DNA from: Candidatus Aenigmatarchaeota archaeon
Lineage (GTDB): Archaea > Aenigmatarchaeota > Aenigmatarchaeia > CG10238-14 > SCSR01
Assembly: GCA_030615205.1 (NCBI GenBank)
Contig: JAUWZS010000001.1
Span: 143,212 to 207,211 of the forward strand
Reading direction: 5' to 3'
DNA length: 64,000 bases
In this document: positions 8,636-16,828 of the stretch, one piece after another
Numbering within the stretch: the first letter of the stretch is position 1
Layout of the letters: every line of letters starts with the position of its first letter
Made by a program: the position numbers and the translations under genes
Notes under the pieces: model-generated
Seen by the model: the letters and a program-made list of their open reading frames with translations, nothing else
Database searches by the model: none
What the model was told of the DNA's origin: nothing

Positions 8636-9019
8636 ATGGAAGAATACGATGTAATTAATTTCTTTTCACAATTATTCAATTTACCATCTAGGTTCTTCAA
8701 ATTTCCAGATACTATATTCTATTTCATAATCCCATTCATCGCATTGGTTTTTCTTTTTTACACTCTGCTCAATAAAAAATTAAGAATATTCAGGAGCACT
8801 GGCATAAATCTGATAATAGCAATTATGATATCTTTTTTCAGTGCAATGGTAATAGCCATCTTCCCTCCGTCTTGGACAGTCAGCATGGTTATCGGATGTG
8901 CCATCTTAGTGATGGGTAGATTTACGCTCAAGAGGCTCGCAATCACCGGAATTATTTTTATACTAATTCAATGGGGTTATCCTTTGGTTATGAATTGGGT
9001 TATGAATTTAGTTTTATAA
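8636..9019 (+). CDS. Paralog 1 of a six-member small polytopic membrane protein family (127 aa)
   Basis: Core FYFIIPFIALVFLFYTLLNKKLRIFRSTGINLIIAIMISF matches the family motif phi-PF-phi(10)-L-x-K/R-x-x-phi-F-G/R ... N-x-phi-I-A/S. Confidence 0.7.
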   Translation: MEEYDVINFFSQLFNLPSRFFKFPDTIFYFIIPFIALVFLFYTLLNKKLRIFRSTGINLIIAIMISFFSAMVIAIFPPSWTVSMVIGCAILVMGRFTLKRLAITGIIFILIQWGYPLVMNWVMNLVL

Positions 9020-9097
9020 AATCAGACCTTTTGATAGATGATAGACTATTTTAGTAAAAGGTTTAATAATTTAAGACCCTAATAAATATTAGTTAAG

Positions 9098-9727
9098 ATG
9101 TTTAAGAAAATTCAGTTGCTTACAATTTTAACTGTCTTGTTTTCGCTGCCATGCTTAGCAATAGCAGCAAATGATTTTGAGGCACCTGATATAAGCGCTG
9201 GGCTCATTACAGTAGTGGAAGTTTTCTTTGGCCCAGGTGCTGAGGCGTATACGGCAAATCCAGTACAAATTCTACAATTTTTGATATTCCCGTTCATCGC
9301 TCTATGGGCCGTGCTTTTCGGTATATTAATAAATCTTAGAATCTTTCGCTATCAAAACTGGCTTAATAGCCTGCTCTCGTTTTTGATTGCTGTAATAGCA
9401 GGCCCAACAGGTGGACTTGTATGGCTTGTAAGAACAGTATTTGTGCTTATGGGCGGGTGGGGATTTATAGCATTTGCTGCTCTATTCTTTATTGGAGTTG
9501 GGGCCTGGCTCCTTAGTGGTGTGATTAGATTCGGGCAACCTCTCTCAAAATATTTCAGTAAAGCTGGGCGTTTGGAAGATGAAATATACATAATTAGGCA
9601 ACAATTAGACGCAGCCAGAGCTGCTGGTGCGCCTGTTACACCGCTTCGCAATAAATTAGAAAAAAAGATTAGAGAGTGGGAAAGAGCTAAAAGAAAAATA
9701 ACAGAAGAGCATCGTGCTGGAAGTTAA
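9098..9727 (+). CDS. Paralog 2 of the membrane family, with cleavable-looking signal peptide and C-terminal charged coiled-coil tail (209 aa)
   Basis: MFKKIQLLTILTVLFSLPCLAIAAN... then FLIFPFIALWAVLFGILINLRIFRYQNWLNSLLSFLIAVIAG. Tail is RNKLEKKIREWERAKRKITEEHR. Confidence 0.7.
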   Translation: MFKKIQLLTILTVLFSLPCLAIAANDFEAPDISAGLITVVEVFFGPGAEAYTANPVQILQFLIFPFIALWAVLFGILINLRIFRYQNWLNSLLSFLIAVIAGPTGGLVWLVRTVFVLMGGWGFIAFAALFFIGVGAWLLSGVIRFGQPLSKYFSKAGRLEDEIYIIRQQLDAARAAGAPVTPLRNKLEKKIREWERAKRKITEEHRAGS

Positions 9728-9743
9728 AATATTTTATTATTAT

Positions 9744-10547
9744 TTAATGACCAACTCTGTGGTCGCCTGCAGTTCCGGCATCTCCTGGAATGGCTCTTAT
9801 TTTTCGTATTCTGTATTTAAACCATCCGGGGTCGTTACCTAAATCGCCAATAGGTTTTCCTCCTGCATCTTTTTTGCCGAATATCTTTTTAACGTCTTTT
9901 GGATCCATTTCCAATCTCAAATCTTTTTCAAAAAAATCAGCCGCAAATTCTTCAGTATCTTTGGCTATTTCAACTTTGAATTTTGCAAAACCACCTGGCA
10001 ACCCTGAATTTATTTCAATCGTATCGCCAGTTTTCAAAAGCCCCTTCTTTTTGCCTTCCAGTCCCTCGTTTATACCTTCCACAAGATTATCTTCATATCC
10101 GAAAAGTCTACGAGCAGGAGTATAGATGTTGTATAAGAGTATCTGCCAAGCTCTACCAACAGTAATCACACCTTTTTTTGGCTCTGCTCTTGTTTCTGTT
10201 CTCGCTCCTCTTGCTTCGGCCGGTGTCGTAAGTTTAATCGGTTTTCTGACGCTCTCCAAGTTCAGAGCGCCAAGCATTTCCTGAGTTACTGCGTATATCT
10301 CTTTCGGTTTTATGCCTTCCATTAGATAAGTGCGACCCTCTTCTATATGCTCATAGAATATGTCTGTTATTCTTTCGAGTTCAGAATAATAGATAGGTCT
10401 AGTTTCTTCTCTGTCATGCTCAAGAAGAGATTCCTTTCTTACGGCCCTTATTAGTCTCCGTACTTCTGGAGACACATCAGACCACATCAGGTAATTTGTA
10501 ATCTCAGTCCAACACGAATCCATACTACTACTAATAAATAGTAACAT
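9744..10547 (-). CDS. Hypothetical soluble protein (267 aa) on the opposite strand, interrupting the membrane-protein array
   Basis: Long ORF with ordinary amino-acid composition. No motif recognised. Confidence 0.6.
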   Translation of the reverse strand: MLLFISSSMDSCWTEITNYLMWSDVSPEVRRLIRAVRKESLLEHDREETRPIYYSELERITDIFYEHIEEGRTYLMEGIKPKEIYAVTQEMLGALNLESVRKPIKLTTPAEARGARTETRAEPKKGVITVGRAWQILLYNIYTPARRLFGYEDNLVEGINEGLEGKKKGLLKTGDTIEINSGLPGGFAKFKVEIAKDTEEFAADFFEKDLRLEMDPKDVKKIFGKKDAGGKPIGDLGNDPGWFKYRIRKIRAIPGDAGTAGDHRVGH

Positions 10548-10642
10548 ATTTAAACCTTTGGAGATGCCTTTGCTGTATCACAGCTTCGGATGAATTGAGA
10601 TTGTCGAATTATAATTTTACCTTTAAAAAACAATTATTAAAT

Positions 10643-11122
10643 ATGGCTTTATTCGATATCGATCTGCTGGGCGCCAGTGCAATTGATTTTGCTAATATGA
10701 CACCGTACGAACTTGGGAGAAACGTGTTTTTGCCGTTTATTTTGGTATTTGTGATCCTTTGGGTTGTCCTTGAGAGGATCCATGTATTCGGTAAAAAAGT
10801 AAACATAATAATCTCTCTCGGAATAAGCATATTGCTTGCTACTACGCCTGCATTTACAATGTTCTCAACTTACATTACAGAAGTTAGCGGAACTAGTATG
10901 CTTGTAATATTTGGAATTTTATTGATCGGTGGTACAGCTGTTTGGGCACTTAGTCGGGGCAGAGACATATACTATGAGCAAGCTGCGCCGGAAAAGAAGA
11001 TTATGCAACTTGAAAAGAAAATAGAAAAGGCGAGGAGAAAAGGACGTATACAAGCTGCAGAAGCGTTGGAAAGGGAGAAAAGACAGTGGGAACATAGAAT
11101 GAGGGAAAAATACAGACGATAG
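10643..11122 (+). CDS. Paralog 3 of the membrane family with C-terminal charged coiled-coil tail
   Basis: ATG at 10643; the track ORF starts at TTG 10595. Core VFLPFILVFVILWVVLERIHVFGKKVNIIISLGISILLA. Tail is EKKIEKARRKGRIQAAEALEREKRQWEHRMREKYRR. Confidence 0.7.
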   Translation: MALFDIDLLGASAIDFANMTPYELGRNVFLPFILVFVILWVVLERIHVFGKKVNIIISLGISILLATTPAFTMFSTYITEVSGTSMLVIFGILLIGGTAVWALSRGRDIYYEQAAPEKKIMQLEKKIEKARRKGRIQAAEALEREKRQWEHRMREKYRR

Positions 11123-11205
11123 TTTTTGAATAAAAAGTAAATTCAGACAAACTTAAATTTCTCGCAAACGAAAATTAATTTAGTGTTGGCTTATTGGTGG
11201 GTTAA

Positions 11206-11730
11206 ATGGCAAACGTGTTTGAGACTGTTGTGCAAAAACTCATAGAAGTTGGTTTTTACGACCTTCTAATCTTTGTGATTTCGCTGACGATTTTTTATGC
11301 TATTCTAAGAAAGGTAAAGATTCTAGGAGAGTCACCTGTTGTAAATGCTGTCCTTGCGTTTTCCATAGCTTTTCTAATATTCGGTTTTCCGGTAATAGTT
11401 GGGTTTAGTCTCACGCTGCCGCTCGTGTCGTTTTTCACACAGTCCTTTGTTTGGATATTGGTATTTTTTATTGGTTTTCTAATAGCAAGTTTCTTTTATC
11501 CGGATTTGCCAAAATTCTTGGCTGAGAAGTTCACCAGCAGAAGCATGATAAGCATCGCAATCACGATTGGATTTGTAAGTGTAATTATAAGCGGGTTGAT
11601 AGGTGTCTTATGGGCAACTCCGCCAGGAGCAGGAGGTATTCAACTACCATTTGACACAGTAATTACTGCTGCTGGTGTGATAATATTTATTATATTAATT
11701 ATAGTTGCTGCTTCGATTGCAAAGGGATAA
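11206..11730 (+). CDS. Paralog 4 of the membrane family (174 aa, about 5 TM)
   Basis: MANVFETVVQKLIEVGFYDLLIFVISLTIFYAILRKVKILGESPVVNAVLAFSIAF. Confidence 0.75.
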   Translation: MANVFETVVQKLIEVGFYDLLIFVISLTIFYAILRKVKILGESPVVNAVLAFSIAFLIFGFPVIVGFSLTLPLVSFFTQSFVWILVFFIGFLIASFFYPDLPKFLAEKFTSRSMISIAITIGFVSVIISGLIGVLWATPPGAGGIQLPFDTVITAAGVIIFIILIIVAASIAKG

Positions 11731-11732
11731 AA

Positions 11733-12296
11733 ATGACAAGTCCATTTGAAACAGTCATATTAAACATGAGAGAAACTGGGATGTTCCAATTCTTATTGCC
11801 ATTTATGCTCAGCTCTGCAATATTCTACGGTTTGCTCAGAAAATCACAAATTTTTGGAGAACCAGTTCGTTCAGTCACAATAAACGCAGTTATTGCACTT
11901 GTAGCATCGTTCATGGTGTGGTCAGCGCCAGTACTGCTTGGGATGGATATAGAAATGCATCTCGCATCGTTCTTTGTTCAAGGTATAAGTGTTACACTCA
12001 TAGTTATGGTGGGTTTGATGGTTGTTGGCATGATTGCACCTCCTAATCTGCCAGCACATTTCGAAAAAGTTTTTAAAGACAAGCCCAAAGTCTGGATGGC
12101 CATTCTTATCGGCGGTATTTTGGCTGGGGTTATACTAGCAATATCAAGCGGTTTGATGACTATTTATTTCCCTCAGTTAGGATTAGATGGTGTGGGGGTT
12201 GGGCTACCAGTTTTGTCTGAAGATGCTATTATGACTTTAGGAGTCGTATTGTTACTAGTGATAACAATTGTGTTGATTGTTGCTTTGATTAGATAA
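11733..12296 (+). CDS. Paralog 5 of the membrane family (187 aa, about 5 TM)
   Basis: MTSPFETVILNMRETGMFQFLLPFMLSSAIFYGLLRKSQIFGEPVRSVTINAVIALVASF. Starts 2 nt after paralog 4. Confidence 0.75.
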   Translation: MTSPFETVILNMRETGMFQFLLPFMLSSAIFYGLLRKSQIFGEPVRSVTINAVIALVASFMVWSAPVLLGMDIEMHLASFFVQGISVTLIVMVGLMVVGMIAPPNLPAHFEKVFKDKPKVWMAILIGGILAGVILAISSGLMTIYFPQLGLDGVGVGLPVLSEDAIMTLGVVLLLVITIVLIVALIR

Positions 12297-12372
12297 AAAC
12301 AATTTAAAAAATAATCTGGTACGTGCAAAAAGGATTTGAATAATAAAAAAGAAAATAAATATAGGTAATGAA

Positions 12373-13008
12373 ATGGCAGGATTCACGCTGATAGCAGATC
12401 TGGTCGCTGCTGGAAAGGAGTTTGGAATATTCGAGTTCTATCTGCCATTTGTAATAATGTTTGCAGTATTTTGGGCTATTTTGACAAAGATTAAACTTTT
12501 CGGAGATCCGTATGGCGACGATAAAAAACAAGCAAGGATGGCGCGAGGTATCAATTTAATCATATCATTGGGCGCTTCGCTGTATATAATGGCCAATACG
12601 GCCATAGGATTGAGCTTTGCTACATTTCTATCTGCACTTTTTGGTGGAACATTCATGGTAATACTTACAATAATTGCATTCACAGCTGTTGTTTATGTTG
12701 CAGCGTCAGTAGCTAAAGGTGGGGATCCACTTGTAGACACACCAAAATGGAAATATCTTGCAGCACTCACTGTATTAGCAGCGATAATATTTGCTTTAAG
12801 TGTCTATATTTCTAGTTCTGGTACAGCAATATTTCCAGGCTTCGTTCTCCCTGGTTTTGAAGTACCATCTATTCCAACTATCGCACTACCATCAATAGGA
12901 TTAGCTTCACAAGATTTAGCAATAATTTTCCTGGTTGTAATCACTGGTTTAATAATATTCTATGTTACGTGGGGAGGCAAGGGAGAAAAACCAGCAGCAA
13001 CAACGTAG
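12373..13008 (+). CDS. Paralog 6 of the membrane family (211 aa, about 5 TM)
   Basis: EFGIFEFYLPFVIMFAVFWAILTKIKLFGDPYGDDKKQARMARGINLIISLGASL. Confidence 0.75.
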   Translation: MAGFTLIADLVAAGKEFGIFEFYLPFVIMFAVFWAILTKIKLFGDPYGDDKKQARMARGINLIISLGASLYIMANTAIGLSFATFLSALFGGTFMVILTIIAFTAVVYVAASVAKGGDPLVDTPKWKYLAALTVLAAIIFALSVYISSSGTAIFPGFVLPGFEVPSIPTIALPSIGLASQDLAIIFLVVITGLIIFYVTWGGKGEKPAATT

Positions 13009-13046
13009 CACGATAATTATCGATTAAGAATTTTCTAGATTATTTA

Positions 13047-13523
13047 TTAGTGTACTGTTCTTTCCTCTTCTGTTGTGTTTGTTGATGGCTGTGTCGCAGC
13101 TTCAGCCTCTATTTGCCTTAAATGTTGTTCAAATGGAGGTATGTCCTGATAATCATATGGATGAAATTCATTCCTTCGTATTCTTTCTCCTCCTGATAAC
13201 AGAGATAGTAGCCCCTGTAACCAAGGAAAACTTATTGTACCAAAAGTTCGGCCTAGATAACTCAACCCTCTACCAAAATAAGAGCCAGACTTTTCTTTAT
13301 ATTTTCTAGAAAACGATTTATATAAACTAATAGCAGATTTTGTACCGCTGTATATGGTTGCTGCTCCGAGTATTGCAACACCGATTAAAGTCGAGAATCC
13401 GCCAGTCAAAAATCCGGCTAATACACTAAGGCCATAGCCGATGCTTCTAAGTCCCTTTTTTGTTGGTCCGCTTACTCTGTATGGTCGTTCTGTTGTTGCT
13501 GGCTGTGGGATTGGTTCTGCCAT
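13047..13523 (-). CDS. Hypothetical membrane protein (158 aa, Gly-rich double TM hairpin)
   Basis: GLRSIGYGLSVLAGFLTGGFSTLIGVAILGAATIYSG. No family recognised. Confidence 0.55.
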   Translation of the reverse strand: MAEPIPQPATTERPYRVSGPTKKGLRSIGYGLSVLAGFLTGGFSTLIGVAILGAATIYSGTKSAISLYKSFSRKYKEKSGSYFGRGLSYLGRTFGTISFPWLQGLLSLLSGGERIRRNEFHPYDYQDIPPFEQHLRQIEAEAATQPSTNTTEEERTVH

Positions 13524-13568
13524 AGTTAACTATTGAAACAAGGGGTATATAAACATTTCTATTTTTCA

Positions 13569-14321
13569 CTACTCGTAAGTGACTAAATAGTCCCTTTCGC
13601 TGAAATGCAGAATCCCTGGAACAATCAGAACCATAGGCGGTTTGCCGAAATCCTTATTTTTCATCTCGCGCACTTTCCCAAAAACTATCAACGAATCGCC
13701 ACTGCCAGCACGCGCAAAAACCACGACTTTTGTATCATCAGTAAATATGCTCTCCTTCCTCTGTTCTTCTATGGTCAGTAAAAGCTTCATTGCTTCGTTC
13801 GCAGTCATGCAGCGCTCCGGTGTTATATCAAGCAGAAGCAGAGTGTGCAGCCCGGTTTTTTTGTTCAGTTTTATAACATCGTATATTGACTCAGGCAACT
13901 TTCCTTTGGTTTTTTCTGGAAACGGCACAGTCGCAGTTGCGCCGAATTTATAAATATGCAGACATGTTTCGCCGATCGCGGATATAATCGATGCGTTGTG
14001 TACAATGTTGACTTCAACATTGTCCTTCTTTGCTTGTTCAATGAGTGTTATATGCGTGGTCGCAATCATCGGGTCCCCAGGAACGAAAATTACAATATTT
14101 TTTGTTTTTGCTTGTTCGACGATTCTATTTGCATGCTGCTCTAAATCCTCACGTTCCAATTCTTCGATCTTTTTGCCGATTGTCTCTTCGAGTTTTTCCT
14201 TTCCATGCCAAACACTTGTATAAAGCTCAATGTAAATTGTATCTGCTTGCTTGGCTGCTTCAATTCCACGCAATGTCAGATCCTTTTCATTGTATAAACC
14301 AAGTCCAACCAATGTCAACAT
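13569..14321 (-). CDS. dph5: Diphthine synthase (tetrapyrrole-methylase fold)
   Basis: N-terminus MLTLVGLGLYNEKDLTLRGIEAAKQADTIYIELYTS matches the archaeal DphB/Dph5 pattern. 250 aa. Confidence 0.9.
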   Translation of the reverse strand: MLTLVGLGLYNEKDLTLRGIEAAKQADTIYIELYTSVWHGKEKLEETIGKKIEELEREDLEQHANRIVEQAKTKNIVIFVPGDPMIATTHITLIEQAKKDNVEVNIVHNASIISAIGETCLHIYKFGATATVPFPEKTKGKLPESIYDVIKLNKKTGLHTLLLLDITPERCMTANEAMKLLLTIEEQRKESIFTDDTKVVVFARAGSGDSLIVFGKVREMKNKDFGKPPMVLIVPGILHFSERDYLVTYE

Positions 14322-14398
14322 TCAATTCACCAATAGTAACCAATAGTAAATTCGATATAAGAATAACTATTAAAAGTATATTATTTTTATTGATTGGT

Positions 14399-15187
14399 AT
14401 GTCTAGAAGCTTTGATGTCATTGGTTCCAAGGAAAAAGCCATAGCTATAGTTGAAATATCCGATGAAGACGAAGGCCGAGAAAAAGAAATCGCAAAAGCT
14501 CTACTGCAAAAGCAGAAAAACGTAAAATCTGTTCTGAAAAAGGAATCATCACGCAAAGGTGAATACAGAATACGCAAATACAAACTCATCGCTGGCGAAA
14601 AAAATACAGAAGTTTTGCACAAAGAGCATGGATACACCCTAAAGCTCGATCCGCAGAAAGTTTATTTTTCTGTTCGAGAAGGTACAGAAAGGCAGCGTAT
14701 TGCTAAGCAGGTTAAAGCAGGTGAGTTTGTTATGGTGATGTTTAGTGGCATAGGTGTTTATGCTATATCAATTGCAAAAAAACAACCGGACGTAGAAAAA
14801 ATAATTGCAGTCGAAATAAACCACCAGGCTGTAGACTATATGAAGTATAACATTAGAGTCAACAAGATGTCCCATAAAGTTGTTCCTGTCCTTGGCGACG
14901 TTCGTACAGCTTGCAACAAGTGGTATGGGAAATGCGATCGAATCGTAATGCCGCTTCCATTGGGTGCAGAAAGCTTTCTAGATATAGCTGTCAAGTGTGC
15001 TAAGCCTGGTGCCACAATCCATTTTTACAGTTGGGGCGGAAAAGATTCGTTGTACGATGCTGCTGAAAAGGCGATTGGCGAAAGCTTAAAAAAGGTTAAT
15101 AGGGAATATAAAATCACTGGCAGGCGTATCGTGCTTCCATACGCGCCTGGACGATACAAAGTCTGCGTAGAATTCAAGATATTATGA
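14399..15187 (+). CDS. trm5: tRNA (guanine37-N1)-methyltransferase Trm5/Met-10+ family
   Basis: FDVIGSKEKAIAIVEI..., the SAM-binding segment FSGIGVYAISIAKK, and IVMPLP. ATG at 14399; the track start 14045 overlaps dph5 on the other strand and is rejected. Confidence 0.8.
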   Translation: MSRSFDVIGSKEKAIAIVEISDEDEGREKEIAKALLQKQKNVKSVLKKESSRKGEYRIRKYKLIAGEKNTEVLHKEHGYTLKLDPQKVYFSVREGTERQRIAKQVKAGEFVMVMFSGIGVYAISIAKKQPDVEKIIAVEINHQAVDYMKYNIRVNKMSHKVVPVLGDVRTACNKWYGKCDRIVMPLPLGAESFLDIAVKCAKPGATIHFYSWGGKDSLYDAAEKAIGESLKKVNREYKITGRRIVLPYAPGRYKVCVEFKIL

Positions 15188-15197
15188 GCTGATAAAA

Positions 15198-16061
15198 ATG
15201 CATGAGATGGTACACGAGGGAAACACAGAACAAATGCTTATGGAGAGCTACACAAAAGTAGGCGAACATCTATATGTAAGGCCAGGCTCAGAAATAGCTG
15301 TTACGGCTGTAGGTGATGGAGAAAAAGAAGGTCTGCAAATCGTTTTTTCAATGGGCGGTATCGGAACTAGGCTCAAACATATAACAGAAGACAAATATTC
15401 TAAGCATCTGATACAAGTTAACGACAAACCTATAAGCAAATATGTTGTTGATTTATGGTTGGGTAGCGGGTTCAGCAATTTTTGTTTTTTGATAGACAAC
15501 ACGCATCGAGGAAAAAGCGTAGCAGATCATTATAAAGATGGGAAGCAGCTCGGCGCTGAGATAAAATATTCGGTCGAACATACAAAACTTGCGTCTGGTG
15601 GTGCGATAAGGCTGGCTATTGAAACCGGCACAATAACAAAACCCTTCATCAACCATTATCCGGACGATTTGATAGTGAATTATCCTAACTTTGCGGATGA
15701 TCTTGCAAAGATATTCATATCAGCAATGCGAGCCGGGTATCAATGTGTTATTGTGTGTGTTCCTGGAAAGCTATATCCGTATGGTGTTATTGAAGACAAG
15801 GATGGTAAGGTTGCTAATTTTGTTGAGAAACCTTTTATAGCAAAAGACACAAACACTGGTATTTTCGGCATGAGCGAAGAAACGTTCTCATTAGTCAAGG
15901 CTTTGGAACCGGACAAGGAAATAAAGATCGAGCGAACTGTGCTAAAACAAATAGCACAAAGTGGCAAGATGCTAAAAGTGCTTCTGCCAACAGAATATTG
16001 GATTCCTGTGAACGACGTGTTGAATTTAAACAAGTTCGCAGAAATAGTTAAAAAGAAGTAA
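15198..16061 (+). CDS. Sugar-phosphate nucleotidyltransferase (NTP_transferase fold) with N-terminal extension
   Basis: GGIGTRLKHIT matches the G-G-x-G-T-R-L signature. 287 aa. Confidence 0.7.
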   Translation: MHEMVHEGNTEQMLMESYTKVGEHLYVRPGSEIAVTAVGDGEKEGLQIVFSMGGIGTRLKHITEDKYSKHLIQVNDKPISKYVVDLWLGSGFSNFCFLIDNTHRGKSVADHYKDGKQLGAEIKYSVEHTKLASGGAIRLAIETGTITKPFINHYPDDLIVNYPNFADDLAKIFISAMRAGYQCVIVCVPGKLYPYGVIEDKDGKVANFVEKPFIAKDTNTGIFGMSEETFSLVKALEPDKEIKIERTVLKQIAQSGKMLKVLLPTEYWIPVNDVLNLNKFAEIVKKK

Positions 16062-16088
16062 ATTTAATTTAGGAGTGCAATAAACTCA

Positions 16089-16174
16089 GCGGGGGTCCGA
16101 TAGTCTGGTCAATTCGGCTGGGTTCAGGTCCCAGTGGATTAGTTCCTACGTGGGTTCAAATCCCACCTCCCACA
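16089..16174 (+). tRNA. tRNA-Leu (anticodon CAG), type II with long variable arm, no encoded CCA
   Basis: Hand fold. Acceptor GCGGGGG/CTCCCAC + discriminator A. D stem CCGA/TCGG. Anticodon stem CTGGG/CCCAG with loop TTCAGGT (CAG at 16125-16127). Variable arm GGA-TTAGT-TCC. T arm GTGGG-TTCAAAT-CCCAC. One C2:A71 mismatch. Confidence 0.85.
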
Positions 16175-16175
16175 T

Positions 16176-16667
16176 TTATTTAGATAAATCTTCACCAAGT
16201 TCTTTCAATTGCTTAATTGCACTTTTATCATTATCAATTTCTTCTAGTCCCAAAGCTATGGCAAAAACATAATCAACAAACTCCATTCCATGTATTTCAC
16301 AAATATTCTTAAGAAAATCTATGACAAACTTTCGCGATACTTCACCTTCTTTTCCTTTCAATTGTCCAACTATTACAAATGAAAATTTTTTCCCCTTTAA
16401 TTTATTGTAAATAGGATTAGTTCTGTCTATAAAATTTTTCAACAAACCTGTCACACCATCATAATATATCGGCGAACCAAAAATTATAGAATCCGCTTCC
16501 AAAAGTTTGCTCCTTATCTCATCCATATCATCGCTTATAGAACATTTTCTGCTTCCGCCTTTACAAATATGACATCCGTCACAAAATTCAATTTTCTTTT
16601 CCCTTAGAAGAATCAACTCTGTCTCAGCATCTAATTCTTTTGCTCTTTCTAAAACTGTTCTTAACAT
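16176..16667 (-). CDS. Iron-sulfur flavoprotein / NADPH-dependent FMN reductase family (Isf-like). As annotated it lacks its first strand and phosphate loop because of an in-frame TGA (see findings)
   Basis: CDGCHICKGG Cys cluster, GSPIYYDGVTGLLKNFIDRT flavodoxin-like motif. In-frame upstream: MKIIAICGSPRK-TGA-NTEF-M... Confidence 0.8.
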   Translation of the reverse strand: MLRTVLERAKELDAETELILLREKKIEFCDGCHICKGGSRKCSISDDMDEIRSKLLEADSIIFGSPIYYDGVTGLLKNFIDRTNPIYNKLKGKKFSFVIVGQLKGKEGEVSRKFVIDFLKNICEIHGMEFVDYVFAIALGLEEIDNDKSAIKQLKELGEDLSK

Positions 16668-16828
16668 AAATTCTGTATTTCATTTTCTTGGGCTTCCACA
16701 AATAGCAATAATTTTCATACGATTCACTATTTATAATTGATATTTATATTTCTTAGTTTTGTATCCTGCCTTCTCTACATTTCGCACCGCATGAAATTCT
16801 AATAAATCCCAAAAACAAATAATTTTCT

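Noticed and set aside
14045-14398. N-terminal 118 codons of track ORF 14045..15187 (Trm5)
   Set aside because: It overlaps the diphthine synthase gene on the opposite strand and has odd composition. The Trm5-like sequence begins at ATG 14399.
16680-16682. Genome-wide reassignment of TGA (to Gly or Trp) as the explanation for the in-frame TGA in the flavoprotein gene
   Set aside because: TGA terminates many well-conserved ORFs at the expected length in this window (for example at 175-177, 45835-45837, 49382-49384 and 49065-49067). A local mutation, an error or read-through is more likely.
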